From contig NC_058368.1 of the NCBI RefSeq assembly GCF_018350175.1, positions 235,416,001-235,480,000 of the forward strand: 64,000 nucleotides of DNA, read 5' to 3'. The DNA is from Felis catus. Lineage: Eukaryota. Below the pieces are notes generated by a model, which was not told the DNA's origin, ran no database searches, and was given only the letters and a program-made list of their open reading frames with translations. The position numbers and the translations under genes were made by a program. Shown one piece after another: positions 61,700 to 64,000 of the stretch (its first letter is position 1; every line of letters starts with the position of its first letter).

Positions 61700-62380
61700 T
61701 GACATATTCAGGAAAACATAAATGCTCACATTCACTTAAGTAAGTAAATCTATGACCTCTTCCCAAAGAACCCAATGGCCAAATGGAGTGACAAAGAAAA
61801 ACTTGGTTCCTGGTAGGTAGCTTCCATATTTTTAAGAGTTCAATTTTGTCTAAATTAGTCTACTAAGGCAATGTAATCCCAAGCAAAACCTCAGAAGGGT
61901 CCTTTTTTAAATTTTTTTAACTTGACAACATAAAGTTCATATGGGCAAAAAAACCACCCTAGACGATCCAGAAAATTTCTAAAAAAGAGACATGATTCAC
62001 AAGATGCTGGTCATCCAACAGTGAGATTCTGGCATGGAAAAATGAACTGGGAAGGGCACTGGGGCCAGTCAAGCAATGACATACGTGGACTTAAGCTGTG
62101 ATGGGGCTGGCCTTCCCGATCAGTGGGCAGAACATGAATTTTCACTAAGTGCCATTTGGAGCAGATCGCTGGACGGTGGAAGAAAACTGCGGAACCCTGG
62201 ACCTCATTCTTCATATCAAAATGCGTGCCATTTCCATCAAAGTCAAATATTTCATGTAACCAAAATGTCTGAAGAGAGTGTGAGTGCATGTTTCAGAATA
62301 TTAGAGGAGGAAAACACTTTCGAATTACCTTACGTCAACAAGGCTCTGTTAAAAGTTAATATAAATTTCGCTGCATACTA
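61700..62380 (+). mobile_element. Highly decayed LINE-1 ORF2 fragment
   Basis: taaattagtcta...caatgtaatcccaagcaaaacc...aacttgacaa...aaagttcatatgg landmarks, A-rich. Confidence 0.65.
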
Positions 62381-62473
62381 ATTTAAACATTATGTCATAG
62401 TAACAGAAATGCGGAGGACAAGGCGCTCGGCAAAATTCCACGGGTGATTCTCCGGGGAGCAAGGCTTATGTGC

Positions 62474-62603
62474 TGAGTGATCCAATAGCGTACCACCCAA
62501 ACAAGGTCACTTTGTTGGAGGCTGGAAGGACACTATTGATTTCAGAGGAACAGCGCATAACCTGGAACTGTCCGGAGCAAACTCGAATGTACGATCGTCC
62601 TTA
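62474..62603. mobile_element. MER94-like hAT-Blackjack MITE
   Basis: ccaaacaaggtcacttt...cactattgat...aacctggaactgtccggagcaaactcgaatgtacgatc. Confidence 0.5.
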
Positions 62604-62994
62604 TTACAGGACTTTTGTTTTATATATACACACACACGGATACCTATGTATAAACATATACTAGCTAACACATATTCACGTGTTATTTACTTCGATTACA
62701 CATATTGTTTCCTAACAGACACACACATGGAAAAGGCACAAACTGTAAACTATATGTTCACATTGATTCACTCACATTCAATACTTGCACGCCTCTCGGA
62801 CAGCTGGCTTATGTGCGTGCCCTGGCTGATTTCCTCGCTCTACAATCTCCCGTGCCCGTCTGGGTCAGTCTCTGCATCTCTACCGTGGGATGGGAATAGC
62901 ACTGACTGACTGGTGTTCCTGGGAGCATGGAATGAGTCAATTCTAGATTAATGATGGGCCCTATCCTTTGGTCACTGTCACTGCCGCCATGGTT

Positions 62995-63134
62995 GGGGTC
63001 GATCCAGGCTTTGTAGGGCCTGGGGTTTATAGCATTTAGAACACCTTCCTCTAAGAAGAGTGAAGGCAAAATTGGGAGTTTGAAACTGGAGGAGCCTTAC
63101 AGCATTAGGTTCAGTGGCCCCATGTCACCCCCTG
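62995..63134. mobile_element. MER53-like hAT MITE
   Basis: ggggtcgatccaggctttgtagggcctg...ttata...ctctaagaag...ccccctg. Confidence 0.6.
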
Positions 63135-63298
63135 ATCACGAACATTCCTGCACGGGTCCTGCCCGCGCATCTCTGGACGTTTCTACCTCCCTTCGCAGAG
63201 TCACTGCTTAGGGTCCAGTGGTGACTGTCGCTAACCGCCGAATGAGCATTTTCTACCATGATGCAATTTGTTTTCATGTCACACGTGGGGAGTGAGGA

Positions 63299-63387
63299 AG
63301 GGTGACCACCACTCTGGTGGCCTGGGACTGAGGAGGCTCCCAGACCCAGGACAATCCTAGGTCACTTGGGGCGTGTTGATCACCCTA
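63299..63387. mobile_element. MER81-like hAT-Blackjack MITE
   Basis: Terminal inverted repeats agggtgacca...tgatcaccct with internal cctgggactgagg. Confidence 0.65.
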
Positions 63388-64000
63388 GCGGTTACTTGCT
63401 TTCTTTTCTCCTCCATACAAAATGGATTTAACCCTAGACTTGTGGAAAGATTTCCAGTAATTTTTCTCCGTTATTTCAATTGCCTGAGCTTCAACTTATT
63501 GCTTCTAGTTATTTCAGTGAATGTCCCAGCGGCACCCACGTGTTCAGGATCTTAGGACTATTCCACTGACACGCCAAGCAGCAGCAGTAGAGGCCTTTCT
63601 TGAGACACAGTGGACCAAGTACCTTTGCTGATCTCCCCGTGCTCCCCGGTTCTAACAGAGGCCAGGAAGGAGGCTTCCCACTGGAGCTGTGGCTCAGAAA
63701 AACCGGGAGAGGCATCAGGACTGCAGGCTCCGAGGCCCCGCTGTGCTGGAGGGCTGGGTGCACCTGCTGCCCCTCCCCCAGAGAGGCACACATCTGATGA
63801 CAGAACCCTTCCCCGGGGACACCGAGGACCCGGGGGAAAGAGGCTGCAGGTGGCAGAAAGCAGCCGAGAGGCCTGTCTCAGCGCAGACAATGTTCACCGC
63901 ACGTCTTCCTGCCCCTGTCTCGACGCGCCCGGACAGACAGACGAGCACCAGGAGGAGCCAGGGGAAGACCCCCGCAGGAAAGAGGAAACCCACCACCCAG

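Larger units (their letters stand above)
46053..64000 (-). other. ADAMTS16: Long ADAMTS16 intron continuing beyond the window
   Basis: Lies upstream of the acceptor at 46053-46054. No further TSR- or spacer-coding exon recognised by eye. Confidence 0.75.

Noticed and set aside
1..64000. A new multi-gene system, intact provirus, numt or retrogene
   Set aside because: I saw no gag/pol/env frames, mitochondrial sequence or processed pseudogene by eye. A BLASTX and Dfam search of the non-repeat sequence would be the decisive test.

Overview
Mammalian genomic DNA from a felid, judged by about 25 carnivore Can-SINE/SINEC_Fc-type SINEs and a cat-type LINE-1 3' end. The only supportable protein-coding gene is the 3' end of ADAMTS16 on the minus strand. 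It has five coding exons (45851-46052, 45510-45704, 43596-43820, 36517-36664, 36142-36257), all GT-AG and in compatible phase, encoding the last four thrombospondin type-1 repeats (TSRs) and the C-terminal PLAC domain. A ~1.2 kb 3' UTR ends at an AATAAA at 34950-34955. Positions 46053-64000 are one long intron; I did not find the preceding exon in the window. Positions 1 to ~34900 are downstream intergenic DNA rich in SINEs, old L1 fragments, MaLR/ERV LTRs and microsatellites. Repeat subfamily names and human-protein comparisons come from memory of consensus sequences, not from a search, and repeat boundaries are approximate. I found no evidence of a new multi-gene system. The most interesting signals are a TSR lacking its O-fucosylation Ser/Thr, GC-skewed divergence of the PLAC exon, open read-through frames in two introns, a template-switch scar in a SINE, two retrotransposons inserted at one TTTAAA palindrome, and orientation patterns of intronic SINEs.
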